A DNA stretch of 40,467 nucleotides from an uncultured Thiothrix sp. (GCA_964514635.1 CAZEQX010000002.1:1-40467); one strand, 5' to 3'. Shown: positions 1-8,450, counted from the stretch's first letter. The notes: generated from the letters alone by a model not told the origin. Program-made: numbers and translations.

Positions 1-574
1 CGGCGTGATCGTATTCGAGATTATTCAAAATCACCGTGCGCGGGTGGTAATGCACGAATTTGGAACGCTTGTCGAAAAAGGCGGTGTCGTATTCATCCGC
101 TTCCACCACGAAAAAGGGCGTTTCGCCCAAACGCGCCGACACACCAAAGTTTTCCGGCACGCCACCGATCAAAAAGCCCGGTTTTAAACCAGCGTATTCC
201 AAAATCCACGCCAACATGCTGGAAGTCGTGGTTTTGCCGTGCGTTCCCGCTACCGCCAATACCCAACAATCGCGCAGAATATTTTCATACAACCATTGCG
301 GGCCGGAAATGTACGGTAAATTACGGTCTAAAACGTGTTCGACCACATCCAACCCACGTTTCATTACATTCCCCACCACGAATGCATCCACCTCAGCGGG
401 TAAATCTTGCGGTGCGTAACCTTGCGTAATTGCCACGCCCTGCTCTGCTAACATGGTACTCATCGGCGGGTACACATTGGTATCCGAACCCGTTACCGTA
501 TGCCCTTTGGCGCGTGCCAGCAATGCGATACCGCCCATAAACGTACCGCAAATACCCAAAATATGAATTTTCAT
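1..574 (-). CDS. mpl: Murein peptide ligase Mpl, 5' part (runs off the left edge of the window)
   Basis: Not in the ORF track because its stop lies outside the window. Manual translation from ATG 574: MKIHILGICGTFMGGIALLAR...VTGSD..VYPPMST...[15 protein letters not shown]...VEADEYDTAFFDKRSKFVHY..R..ILNNLEYDHA, all typical Mpl motifs. Confidence 0.95.
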   Translation of the reverse strand, partial: MKIHILGICGTFMGGIALLARAKGHTVTGSDTNVYPPMSTMLAEQGVAITQGYAPQDLPAEVDAFVVGNVMKRGLDVVEHVLDRNLPYISGPQWLYENILRDCWVLAVAGTHGKTTTSSMLAWILEYAGLKPGFLIGGVPENFGVSARLGETPFFVVEADEYDTAFFDKRSKFVHYHPRTVILNNLEYDHA

Positions 575-607
575 GCGTAGATTTGCTAACCTTTTATCAA
601 TCAATGG

Positions 608-2461
608 CTATTGTAAAATATGACGCTTAATAACATCTTCTAGCGGAATCGGTTTAGAAATGCCATAGCCCTGCCCGTAGTCTACACCAATATCCCGCAC
701 GATTTGGATAACCTGATCATTCTCGACATATTCAGCAATAACCTTGACACCCATTAAATGCCCGACTTGGCTTACTGAACGCACCATTGCCTCGGCGACC
801 GTATCCGTTGCAATATCTTTAATAAAACTGCCATCAATTTTTAGATAATCCAGTGGCAAAGACTTCAAATACGAAAACGAACTAACCCCCGTACCGAAAT
901 CATCCAATGAAAAACTACAGCCCAAGTTTTTTAATGTTTCTATGAATTTATGAGCCAACTCCAGATTATGGATAGCTACCCGTTCGGTAATTTCAAAACA
1001 CAACATAGCTGGACTAATACCAGCATGGTGAATTTCATCTAGCACAAATTGTAAAAAGTCCGGCTCATCCAAACTTTGCCCTGATAAATTCACCGCAAAC
1101 ACAGGACATGGCACACGTTGCGTAATATCGCGTAAGGAAGTCACTAACTTGCGTACTACCCAACGATCCAAGCGTGGCATCATGGAGAAGTATTCAGCGG
1201 CAGGGATAAATTCATCTGGCGGAATCGGTTGCTCTTTTTCATCATACAACCGAATTAAGACCTCATAATGATGGAATGGTTTTTTGAACGCTTTTACATC
1301 CAAAGACTGAATAGGTTGCGCCACTAACCTGAAATTTCCTGCCTCAAAAGCCTTTTTGAGTTTTCCCAACCACACTAAATTACCACGTTGTTTATTAACT
1401 TCTTGGTCGTTTGGTCGATAAATATGAATCCGATTACCACCTTTGGCTTTTGCAACGCGACAGGCATTATCAGCAACGGATAAAATACGGCTGACCGAAA
1501 TTTGACGATTATTAGGGGATACCAAAGCTTTATAGAATGGAACGAATGCGATACTTGCTGTGACCTGCTGATTCATATCGTTCCACGAGAAGTTATACTG
1601 CGATAACTTTTTGTAAATCCGTTCTACTGCTTGAATAGCAACAGAAGGCTCGACTTCCTGCAACAAAATACCAAACTCATCACCACCTAATCGCGCTAAA
1701 ATATCGCGCTTCGCATCAATTTCATCTTTTAATAAATTAGCAATGCGCTTAATTAACTCATCACCGCCTGAATGCCCCATTGAATCATTCACCAGTTTAA
1801 ATTGATCCATTGCAATTAAACAAAATGAATGTTTAACGCCATGCTGGCGAACTTGATCAATAGCCAACTTCAGACGAATCTCAAAACCTTTACGATTTAA
1901 TAAAGTAGTGTGTGCATCATGCAAGCCGATATATTCCATCCGAACTTGCAATTCTTGTAATTCTGTTTGATTACGCATGAGCAACATGAAGTAAAAACCA
2001 TCGTGACCTTCATATTGCAACCATTGCACCGAACAACTCACACGCAATTCATTTAAGCCACCTGCACTCAAAAGTGCCAGCGGAATATCCAGCCGATCAT
2101 TGGTATTGGATTTTGCCCGATCCAGCCATAACAACGGTGTACGAGTCAATGGGTCAAATAGCGTAAAGAACTGCCCACACGCTTTACCGCGTGCGCTGCG
2201 CATTTTGGTTTTTAATAGTCGCTCGGCTGCTGGGTTGATAAAACTAATAATGCCTTTGTCATCCACTAACACGGCTAACTCTTGCACGTCCGCTAAAGCG
2301 GATACCAGCATGTTTTGTTGGGCTAGGTATATTTGATTACGCGTGTTATGGCGGGTACGACGCGCGAACAAACTACCCAATAACAGCAACAACAGAATAC
2401 CCGCTAGTAAAAAATACAACGGTAACAGTGTTTGTGAAGAAAAGTCTAAAAAGTTACCCAC
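608..2461 (-). CDS. Membrane-anchored PAS-GGDEF-EAL c-di-GMP turnover protein, probably a phosphodiesterase
   Basis: N-terminal TM helix; PAS-like segment (VDDKGIISFINPAAERLL); RLGGDEF; EAL-domain motifs YEVLIRL, FIPAAE, VNLS, FEITE, DDFGTG, LKIDGSF, IAEYVE, GQGY. Confidence 0.92.
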   Translation of the reverse strand: MGNFLDFSSQTLLPLYFLLAGILLLLLLGSLFARRTRHNTRNQIYLAQQNMLVSALADVQELAVLVDDKGIISFINPAAERLLKTKMRSARGKACGQFFTLFDPLTRTPLLWLDRAKSNTNDRLDIPLALLSAGGLNELRVSCSVQWLQYEGHDGFYFMLLMRNQTELQELQVRMEYIGLHDAHTTLLNRKGFEIRLKLAIDQVRQHGVKHSFCLIAMDQFKLVNDSMGHSGGDELIKRIANLLKDEIDAKRDILARLGGDEFGILLQEVEPSVAIQAVERIYKKLSQYNFSWNDMNQQVTASIAFVPFYKALVSPNNRQISVSRILSVADNACRVAKAKGGNRIHIYRPNDQEVNKQRGNLVWLGKLKKAFEAGNFRLVAQPIQSLDVKAFKKPFHHYEVLIRLYDEKEQPIPPDEFIPAAEYFSMMPRLDRWVVRKLVTSLRDITQRVPCPVFAVNLSGQSLDEPDFLQFVLDEIHHAGISPAMLCFEITERVAIHNLELAHKFIETLKNLGCSFSLDDFGTGVSSFSYLKSLPLDYLKIDGSFIKDIATDTVAEAMVRSVSQVGHLMGVKVIAEYVENDQVIQIVRDIGVDYGQGYGISKPIPLEDVIKRHILQ

Positions 2462-2664
2462 TTAAGCCCTCAGACCTGTTTGGTATTTTTATTGAGTAAG
2501 CTGTCACGTTGCTAATCATATGCATTGCCCAACATACTGTACAGCTTTCAAAGAGTAACGGTCGAGTTTAACGGCTAGAATCTGGATTTGCCCCTTATGC
2601 AGGGTGCAAGTAAGAAAGCTTCACAATAAATATGAAGAGTTGAACGATTGGAGTTATCTGGCGC

Positions 2665-2695
2665 ACCCGACACACCCCAAAGTTGTGTATCGGGC
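2665..2695 (-). terminator. Hairpin downstream of rplS (putative terminator or stabiliser)
   Basis: Minus strand GCCCGATACAC-loop-GTGTGTCGGGT stem with G-U pairs, ~25 nt after the rplS stop; the U-tract is poor. Confidence 0.5.
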
Positions 2696-2720
2696 ATGAC
2701 AATCAACTGTCGCCAGACAA

Positions 2721-3065
2721 TTAGATTTTTTCTTTGATACGCGCTGCTTTACCTGTACGACCACGCAGGTAGTACAATTTTGCACGACGAACATCACCAC
2801 AACGCTTCACTTCGATACCAGCGATGCTGTTGCTGTAAGTTTGGAATACACGCTCAACACCTTCACCGTAGGAAATTTTGCGCACGGTGAAAGACGAGTT
2901 CAAACCACGGTTACGTTTCGCAATAACCACGCCTTCATAAGCCTGTTGGCGTTCTTTGTCGCCTTCTTTAACACGCACTTGAACAATAACCGTGTCGCCT
3001 GGGTTGAAGTCAGGAATGGTTTTACCCATTTGTTCTTGTTCAAGTTGTTGAATAATCGCGTTCAT
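2721..3065 (-). CDS. rplS: 50S ribosomal protein L19
   Basis: [49 protein letters not shown]; last gene of the rpsP operon. Confidence 0.98.
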   Translation of the reverse strand: MNAIIQQLEQEQMGKTIPDFNPGDTVIVQVRVKEGDKERQQAYEGVVIAKRNRGLNSSFTVRKISYGEGVERVFQTYSNSIAGIEVKRCGDVRRAKLYYLRGRTGKAARIKEKI

Positions 3066-3074
3066 GATAATCCT

Positions 3075-3824
3075 CTACTGAAGTTCACTACTTCTGTCAA
3101 ATTCGTTGATATATTCAGCCAGCAACACACGCTCGGTATCCGTTAAGTGTTTTGCCTGCAATAGTTCCGGTCTACGCTGCCACGTTCTGCCAAGTGCTTG
3201 TTTGTGTCGCCAACGAGCAATATCCGCGTGATTACCACTTTTCAATACGGCGGGAATCGGCAAACCTTCCAACACTTCTGGGCGGGTATAATGCGGACAA
3301 TCCAGTAATCCGGCACAAAATGAATCTTGCGCAGCGGATTCGTTATGTCCTAATGCCTCGGGTAACAAACGGGTAATGGCATCGATCAACACCATTGCAC
3401 CCAATTCCCCACCACTGAGAACATAGTCACCAATTGAGCATTCAAGGTCGACTTCCAACGCAATAATGCGTTCGTCTATACCTTCGTAACGCCCACAGAG
3501 CAGAATCAAACCCGCTTCTGTGGCAAGCTCCGAAACTAAAGCCTGCGTTAGGGGTACACCTTGAGGGCTAAGGTAAACGACTTTACCCAAGTTGTGTTGG
3601 CGGGCATCACGAATAGCGGGTAATAGCGTTTCCGCTTTCATTACCATACCCGGCCCTCCACCGTAAGGACGATCATCGACAGTGCGATGTACATCCTGCG
3701 CATAGTCGCGTGGATTCCAATGCTGCAACTGAATGATGCCGCGCTTCACCGCTCGACCTGTCACACCGCTTTGCACAACGGCGTTTACCAGTTCGGGAAA
3801 AAGCGTCACTACATCAAAGCGCAT
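3075..3824 (-). CDS. trmD: tRNA (guanine37-N1)-methyltransferase
   Basis: [41 protein letters not shown]. Start moved to ATG 3824 ([11 protein letters not shown]), just after the rimM stop. Confidence 0.97.
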   Translation of the reverse strand: MRFDVVTLFPELVNAVVQSGVTGRAVKRGIIQLQHWNPRDYAQDVHRTVDDRPYGGGPGMVMKAETLLPAIRDARQHNLGKVVYLSPQGVPLTQALVSELATEAGLILLCGRYEGIDERIIALEVDLECSIGDYVLSGGELGAMVLIDAITRLLPEALGHNESAAQDSFCAGLLDCPHYTRPEVLEGLPIPAVLKSGNHADIARWRHKQALGRTWQRRPELLQAKHLTDTERVLLAEYINEFDRSSELQ

Positions 3825-3826
3825 GA

Positions 3827-4345
3827 CTAAAAGTCTGGCTCCCAATCCACAACGATACGACGTTCATCCACTGAAACGGATTTAATGACATCGTGCATGA
3901 TCCAAGGGATTAAGCGTTCCTCATCACCACGCACGACCACAACATCATTTGCACCCGTTTCCAATAGGGAATCGACTTTACCAAACACAAAACCTGCCAG
4001 ATTGATGACTTCCATACCCAGCAAATCTGCCCAGTAGTATTCATCCTGACGCAACGGCTGCAATTGTTCACGGGGGATAGCAATCGTACAGCCGATCAAA
4101 GTTTGCGCTTGGTCACGGTCATTAACCGTCTGCAATTGAGCAACAATGCCCTTGCTTTGCACCTGACCTGCTATGACTTTATACGCTTTCCATTCACCCG
4201 CTACGCGCAAGTACCACGGACTGTAGTCCAAAATAGCTTCACGTTGTTCCGTGTGGGAAAACACTTTTACCCAGCCTTTCACGCCGAAAACACCAGCAAT
4301 TTTTCCTAGTGTAATCATTTGGTTGGAAGTGTTAGCTTGGGTCAT
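3827..4345 (-). CDS. rimM: Ribosome maturation factor RimM
   Basis: [32 protein letters not shown]-terminal VDWEPDF; operon position. Confidence 0.97.
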   Translation of the reverse strand: MTQANTSNQMITLGKIAGVFGVKGWVKVFSHTEQREAILDYSPWYLRVAGEWKAYKVIAGQVQSKGIVAQLQTVNDRDQAQTLIGCTIAIPREQLQPLRQDEYYWADLLGMEVINLAGFVFGKVDSLLETGANDVVVVRGDEERLIPWIMHDVIKSVSVDERRIVVDWEPDF

Positions 4346-4376
4346 AAGTCAATAACAGTCGTAACCTTAACTTGCC

Positions 4377-4631
4377 TTAAACTGCCGCGCTTTCCGCTGT
4401 TTCTTTCAGCAACTTAGCCACGCGCTCAGTTGGTTGTGCACCACATTTTAACCAGTAGTCAGCACGGTCGCTTTCGATGTGCAGACGCACTTCCTGACCA
4501 CGCGCTACGGGGTTGAAGTAACCAATACGCTCGATGTAACCACTGTCACGCGGTTTACGTTTATCACTAACAACGATGTGATAAAAAGGACGCTTTTTCG
4601 CGCCACCTCTAGCCAGACGAATGTTGACCAT
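4377..4631 (-). CDS. rpsP: 30S ribosomal protein S16
   Basis: [38 protein letters not shown]. Confidence 0.98.
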   Translation of the reverse strand: MVNIRLARGGAKKRPFYHIVVSDKRKPRDSGYIERIGYFNPVARGQEVRLHIESDRADYWLKCGAQPTERVAKLLKETAESAAV

Positions 4632-4696
4632 AGCAAAACCTTAAAATAAATTCAGTAAACGCAGGGCAGACTACCCCACCCCGAAGTAAACGCGAG

Positions 4697-4724
4697 ATTG
4701 TACGTTAATTTCAGAAAAAGTGAA
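4697..4724 (-). promoter_or_regulatory. Putative sigma70 promoter of the rpsP operon
   Basis: Minus strand TTCACT-16 nt-TACAAT followed by a GC-rich discriminator (CTCGCG), directly after an upstream terminator. Confidence 0.5.
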
Positions 4725-4747
4725 GTATTGATTACACCGCTTATAAC

Positions 4748-4775
4748 AAAAAGCCTCCACGGCAGGGAGGCTTTT
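4748..4775 (-). terminator. Rho-independent terminator after the DUF1287 gene
   Basis: AAAAAGCCTCC-acggcag-GGAGGCTTTT inverted repeat with A/T tails on both sides. Confidence 0.85.
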
Positions 4776-4804
4776 ATCATGCGCATGGGAACGTCATTTA
4801 CTGA

Positions 4805-5545
4805 CTAGTTAGCGGATGCATATTGTGCAGCAGAAGGCACATAACCTGGGAAGAAACGGTAATGTCCGCTGATCGGCATTTGGAATAGCACATCTTCCAT
4901 TTTTTCACCTTCACCAATGTTATGCACGATGAGGTAACGGTCTGGGTCTGCTGTTGATTTACGATTTACCACGATACCGATGTGCTCTTGATCCCCGCCC
5001 AAACTCCACGTCACCAAGTCACCTGGTTGGTAATCGCGCGGATCACCGGAAACAGGCAGACGCGCACCACGACGTGTAAAGAAGGCCTTCAGGTTGTGCA
5101 CCCGGCGGTGGTCGATATTCGGGTCTGGCGCACTCAACCCCCATTTTGGTAGGTTAGGGTACGCATAGAAATTTCGCGCCATGTCTTCGTGAACCAAGCG
5201 TTGCAAATCAACACCTAGCTTACGGTAGGAACGGATAACCGTGTCGGTACAAACCCCCATGTTACTGGGTACGTCCCCGTTAGGATAAGCAATAGGCATG
5301 TATGTGCCATTGTAAACCACACGATGACGCAGGCGATCCAAAGCCGCATAAGACAAACGCTCTGGCGTGGCAACATTCGTTCGCGCCGTGCCTGAACGTT
5401 GCATCGGCACAGTCTGCTGTTGTTGTTGCCCTGTTGATTGCGATTGGCTAGAACAACCACTCAATCCACTTAAGCCGACACCCGAAACCAAATAGACTAG
5501 TACACTCAATCTCGTTAAGCGTGATAATCTCAGAACACTACTCAT
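4805..5545 (-). CDS. DUF1287 (YijF-like) lipoprotein, predicted NlpC/P60-superfamily fold
   Basis: Lipobox LSGC followed by a Gln-rich tether. YPNGDVP..GVCTDTVIRSYR..GVDLQ..VHEDM, DPNIDHRRV.NL, PGDLVTW...HIGIV, IVHNIG are DUF1287 hallmarks. Confidence 0.85.
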   Translation of the reverse strand: MSSVLRLSRLTRLSVLVYLVSGVGLSGLSGCSSQSQSTGQQQQQTVPMQRSGTARTNVATPERLSYAALDRLRHRVVYNGTYMPIAYPNGDVPSNMGVCTDTVIRSYRKLGVDLQRLVHEDMARNFYAYPNLPKWGLSAPDPNIDHRRVHNLKAFFTRRGARLPVSGDPRDYQPGDLVTWSLGGDQEHIGIVVNRKSTADPDRYLIVHNIGEGEKMEDVLFQMPISGHYRFFPGYVPSAAQYASAN

Positions 5546-5641
5546 TTACCCCACTCCTGTTTCAACAACAGAAATCCTTAAACTCCGAAAAGCCCGTTTA
5601 ACCATTTGCATACATACTTTGAAGTCATCTACGCGAGCCGC

Positions 5642-5671
5642 ATTATACCGAATGCTATTCACGATAGTCAG
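5642..5671 (-). promoter_or_regulatory. Putative sigma70 promoter of the DUF1287 gene
   Basis: Minus strand CTGACT-18 nt-TATAAT, ~95 nt upstream of the ATG. Confidence 0.5.
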
Positions 5672-5704
5672 AGCAACCATTATTGTTATGTTGATGCAGT
5701 AAGC

Positions 5705-5731
5705 TTCCCCCAGCGTAAAAGCATGGGGGAA
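5705..5731 (-). terminator. Hairpin/terminator after the 415-aa secreted protein gene
   Basis: TTCCCCCA-11 nt-TGGGGGAA perfect inverted repeat 20 nt past the stop codon; weak U-tract. Confidence 0.65.
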
Positions 5732-5750
5732 AACCTAAGCTGAATGTGGC

Positions 5751-6998
5751 TTAATACGTTGGACAGTCTGAGACAAACGGCTGTTTGGCAATACCCCAGC
5801 GGTATTCCAATGGCGCATGTGGATCAGAACTTAACGTACCTGCTTCAACATTTTGACGCAACTCACGCAATGTCATGTAGTAATTACGTTCACCCTCATC
5901 GACCAACGTCATTTGAACTTGGCAGAAATTATTTAGGTTCTGCATTTCAGACGGTGGTGGCTGGTCATTAGAGAATACCGCTTTTGCCCAACGTGCGGGT
6001 TGCGAACGTGGATCAAAACGTCCGACGCGATCCAAATGACGACGAATGGAACTAAAGAACATATTCAAACGTTTATCACGACCAGGGGTTGAATGATCAT
6101 CGTATTCTTTTGCATTCATGCAACGACGGCCTTCATTGCGAATCTTTTGCAAATAGAACAACGCATCGTAAACATACACGCTACGGTCATTGGCATACAT
6201 GCACAAGGCCAATAATAAACGTTGGGTTTTTTCATCTGGACGTTCTTCACGATGTCCCAACTTTTTGGAAATAATGTCCGTAAACGCCACATAGTCGCCA
6301 CCTAATTCCGCTGCCACTTGGAATTGCTCTTCGCTATACCCAGGTTGAGCACTTGCAGGCTTCATAATGTTTTGTGGCTGTTTGAAACGGCGATAACCAT
6401 CACCCATGCGCTTGTCTTCTGGCACATAGAAAGGAAACGATGGCGTGCGTAGCAAATAACGTGCTTGTTTAGGGGTTGTAGAAGCCATGACTTCGGCGAT
6501 ACCTGCTTCTGTCACTTCCACGATTTGGTAAGAGTGAACCCCCGGTGCGACATACACGTCACCTGGTTTAATGTCATTGAGTGCGACAGGGTAAGTATCG
6601 TTTGGCAAGGACGCACTACTGGTCATGTCAGCCACATAGTTCATGAACTGGCGTACCCGTTGTGGTGGCGCGAGGTTATCCCACGTTCCCATGCTATTGC
6701 TAATTTGTTTACCCGCTTTATCGCGATTGTTAATCACGAATGGCAGACGGTTCTCATACGCAAAAATCAAGCGCATCATGTAAACCGCGTCAGCACAGTC
6801 ATTTTCAAACTGGTAGTAGATAGGCTTAGACGCATCCATAAAGATGTCATCTTTCCAGTTAGTACGCACCCAATCATGGTAACGACCTTCCCATGTGTCA
6901 TCCCATGCATTCTCGTTAGGCCATACCTCAGCGGAGGCCATCGACGGCATAAACGTCGCAGCGGTTAGTAAAAGCACTAGGCTAAAAAATTTTTTCAT
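5751..6998 (-). CDS. Secreted hypothetical protein (415 aa) with a putative papain/NlpC-P60-like Cys-His catalytic core
   Basis: Start moved to ATG 6998, giving a Sec signal peptide MKKFFSLVLLLTAATFMPSMASA|EVW. Contains DCADAVY and IKPGDVYVAPGVHSYQI plus four further Cys. Function not recognised. Confidence 0.8.
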   Translation of the reverse strand: MKKFFSLVLLLTAATFMPSMASAEVWPNENAWDDTWEGRYHDWVRTNWKDDIFMDASKPIYYQFENDCADAVYMMRLIFAYENRLPFVINNRDKAGKQISNSMGTWDNLAPPQRVRQFMNYVADMTSSASLPNDTYPVALNDIKPGDVYVAPGVHSYQIVEVTEAGIAEVMASTTPKQARYLLRTPSFPFYVPEDKRMGDGYRRFKQPQNIMKPASAQPGYSEEQFQVAAELGGDYVAFTDIISKKLGHREERPDEKTQRLLLALCMYANDRSVYVYDALFYLQKIRNEGRRCMNAKEYDDHSTPGRDKRLNMFFSSIRRHLDRVGRFDPRSQPARWAKAVFSNDQPPPSEMQNLNNFCQVQMTLVDEGERNYYMTLRELRQNVEAGTLSSDPHAPLEYRWGIAKQPFVSDCPTY

Positions 6999-7120
6999 GA
7001 AACTTGCACTTGATGTAGTTAAAACCAGAAGAACACTCGATAGGTAAATGCAACCTGTCAGGTTCACGCTTACTAATAGCCCTGACTTGAGAACATGCCC
7101 ATAAGTTCCCAATGTCGCTT

Positions 7121-7149
7121 AGCGTAAATTGCCTTATCCTGAATTTCAA
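7121..7149 (-). promoter_or_regulatory. Putative sigma70 promoter of the 415-aa gene
   Basis: Minus strand TTGAAA-17 nt-TACGCT immediately after the upstream terminator. Confidence 0.45.
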
Positions 7150-7151
7150 CC

Positions 7152-7184
7152 AAAAAAATACCCAACCGAGCAAAGGTTGGGTAT
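7152..7184 (-). terminator. Rho-independent terminator after lipoprotein paralog C
   Basis: ATACCCAACC-7 nt-GGTTGGGTAT perfect stem running into a U-tract on the minus strand. Confidence 0.9.
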
Positions 7185-7251
7185 CGACACAATGCATTTG
7201 CTAACTTTTTACAAGATTAACAATGAAATGCCTCATTGATCAGCTATCAAC

Positions 7252-7626
7252 TTATTTTTGTTGATATTGCTTCAGTGCATCCTGAGATGTTTGGTTCATC
7301 TTGACTGAACCTTTAAAGTTGCCTTTTACTTTTACTTTTGGAATCACAGGACCAGTACCTTTGTGTGGGATACCAGGTTTGCAGCTATAGTGGTGAGTGT
7401 GGTTTGGATCGTTAGAAGCGTGAGAATGCGTGATAGAGTTGGTGCAAGCTGGAACAGCAGGGTGAGTATGTGCATTACCACCAGCAGCAGGCGTTGTAGT
7501 TTTTGTTGCGGTTGTTGTTTCTGTTGCAGGTGCTGCCGTTTGTTGCTGGCTCATTTGTTGGCAACCTGTTGCGAACATACCTGCCATGATCAAAGCTGCG
7601 ATTGTGAGTGGGGATTTAATCTTCAT
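7252..7626 (-). CDS. Small lipoprotein, paralog C (124 aa), with His/Cys-rich insert
   Basis: Start moved to ATG 7626 (MKIKSPLTIAALIMAGMFATG|C) by alignment with its two paralogs. Lipobox FATGC; C-terminus PVIPKVKVKGNFKGSVKMNQTSQDALKQYQQK. Confidence 0.85.
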   Translation of the reverse strand: MKIKSPLTIAALIMAGMFATGCQQMSQQQTAAPATETTTATKTTTPAAGGNAHTHPAVPACTNSITHSHASNDPNHTHHYSCKPGIPHKGTGPVIPKVKVKGNFKGSVKMNQTSQDALKQYQQK

Positions 7627-7847
7627 CGTCTTGGTCTCTTTCATTGTTGAAGGGAAAGCACTGATTTCAAAGAGTGTAGCAAAACAACCACAAAATTGCT
7701 TTAGGAAAACACTCTGCACCAATTTAACACGAATCTACCTAAAAAACTGCTTAGCGACACGGTGATAACATCACGATAGACACGTCCATGTTGTGCAAAT
7801 TTACAACATATCCCAAAAATAAAACGAGTTCGCAGGAAATGCAACCA

Positions 7848-7885
7848 TAAAACCGACCTCTACCCCAAATAAAGTAAAGGTCGGT
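7848..7885 (-). terminator. Terminator after lipoprotein paralog B
   Basis: ACCGACCT...AGGTCGGT inverted repeat with inner TAC/GTA pairing and a short U-run on the minus strand. Confidence 0.65.
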
Positions 7886-7902
7886 ATCGTGTTGCTCAGC
7901 GA

Positions 7903-8214
7903 TTAACGTTGATATTGTTGCATCACAGCCTTAGATGACTCATCCATTTTTACTGCACCTTTGAAGTTGCCTTTGGCTTTGACAGGCGGAACAACGGGTG
8001 CAACCGGAGTGACGGGCTTCACTGGTGGAGGAGGACGTTTGACAGGCGGTTGTACAGGAACAGGAGGCGGAGTAACAGGTTTTTCTTTTCCACAATCGCA
8101 AGTTTGTTGTTGTGCAACCTGTTGACTGCCCGCTGCTTGTTGTTGACTACAACCTGTCGCCAGCAAACCAACACAAATCAATGCCGCAAGAGTCAATTTG
8201 GACTTCATTTCCAT
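7903..8214 (-). CDS. Small lipoprotein, paralog B (103 aa), Pro-rich with a CxC motif
   Basis: GAGG RBS; MEMKSKLTLAALICVGLLATG|CSQQQ; C-terminus PVVPPVKAKGNFKGAVKMDESSKAVMQQYQR. Confidence 0.88.
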   Translation of the reverse strand: MEMKSKLTLAALICVGLLATGCSQQQAAGSQQVAQQQTCDCGKEKPVTPPPVPVQPPVKRPPPPVKPVTPVAPVVPPVKAKGNFKGAVKMDESSKAVMQQYQR

Positions 8215-8363
8215 GGCTTTAGCCTCAATTTATTCACTAAAAAGTCAGTAAGTTTTCGCAGTGTAGCCTCATAGAGTTGCCTCTATCATTGCTACCTATC
8301 ATTATGTAGCACAAAACATACAGAAACGCCGACGAATGGAGAGGAGATTTGTGAGGTTTGGAC

Positions 8364-8396
8364 AAAAAAAAGCCTCTCGTCATAACGAGAGGCTTT
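8364..8396 (-). terminator. Strong Rho-independent terminator after lipoprotein paralog A
   Basis: AAAGCCTCTCGT-cata-ACGAGAGGCTTT, a 12-bp perfect stem with an 8-U tract on the minus strand. Confidence 0.92.
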
Positions 8397-8450
8397 CAGA
8401 TAACCATTTCCTACTTGGATCAAGCGGGAACTAGTGTACCAATGCAACCA

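Noticed and set aside
5-419. Plus-strand ORFs 5..187 and 60..419
   Set aside because: Antisense shadows of mpl, which occupies the minus strand here.
6999-7197. N-terminal extension of the 453-aa ORF to 7112, and ORF 6982..7197
   Set aside because: A clean signal peptide begins at ATG 6998; the upstream region holds a terminator and a putative promoter.
7236-7250. TTGAT-cagct-ATCAA resembling an FNR box
   Set aside because: The spacer is 5 nt rather than the required 4, and it lies in a 3' UTR upstream of a terminator.
7761-7775. GGTGA-taaca-TCACG as a CRP site
   Set aside because: The spacer is one base short of TGTGA-N6-TCACA; kept only as an unassigned palindrome.
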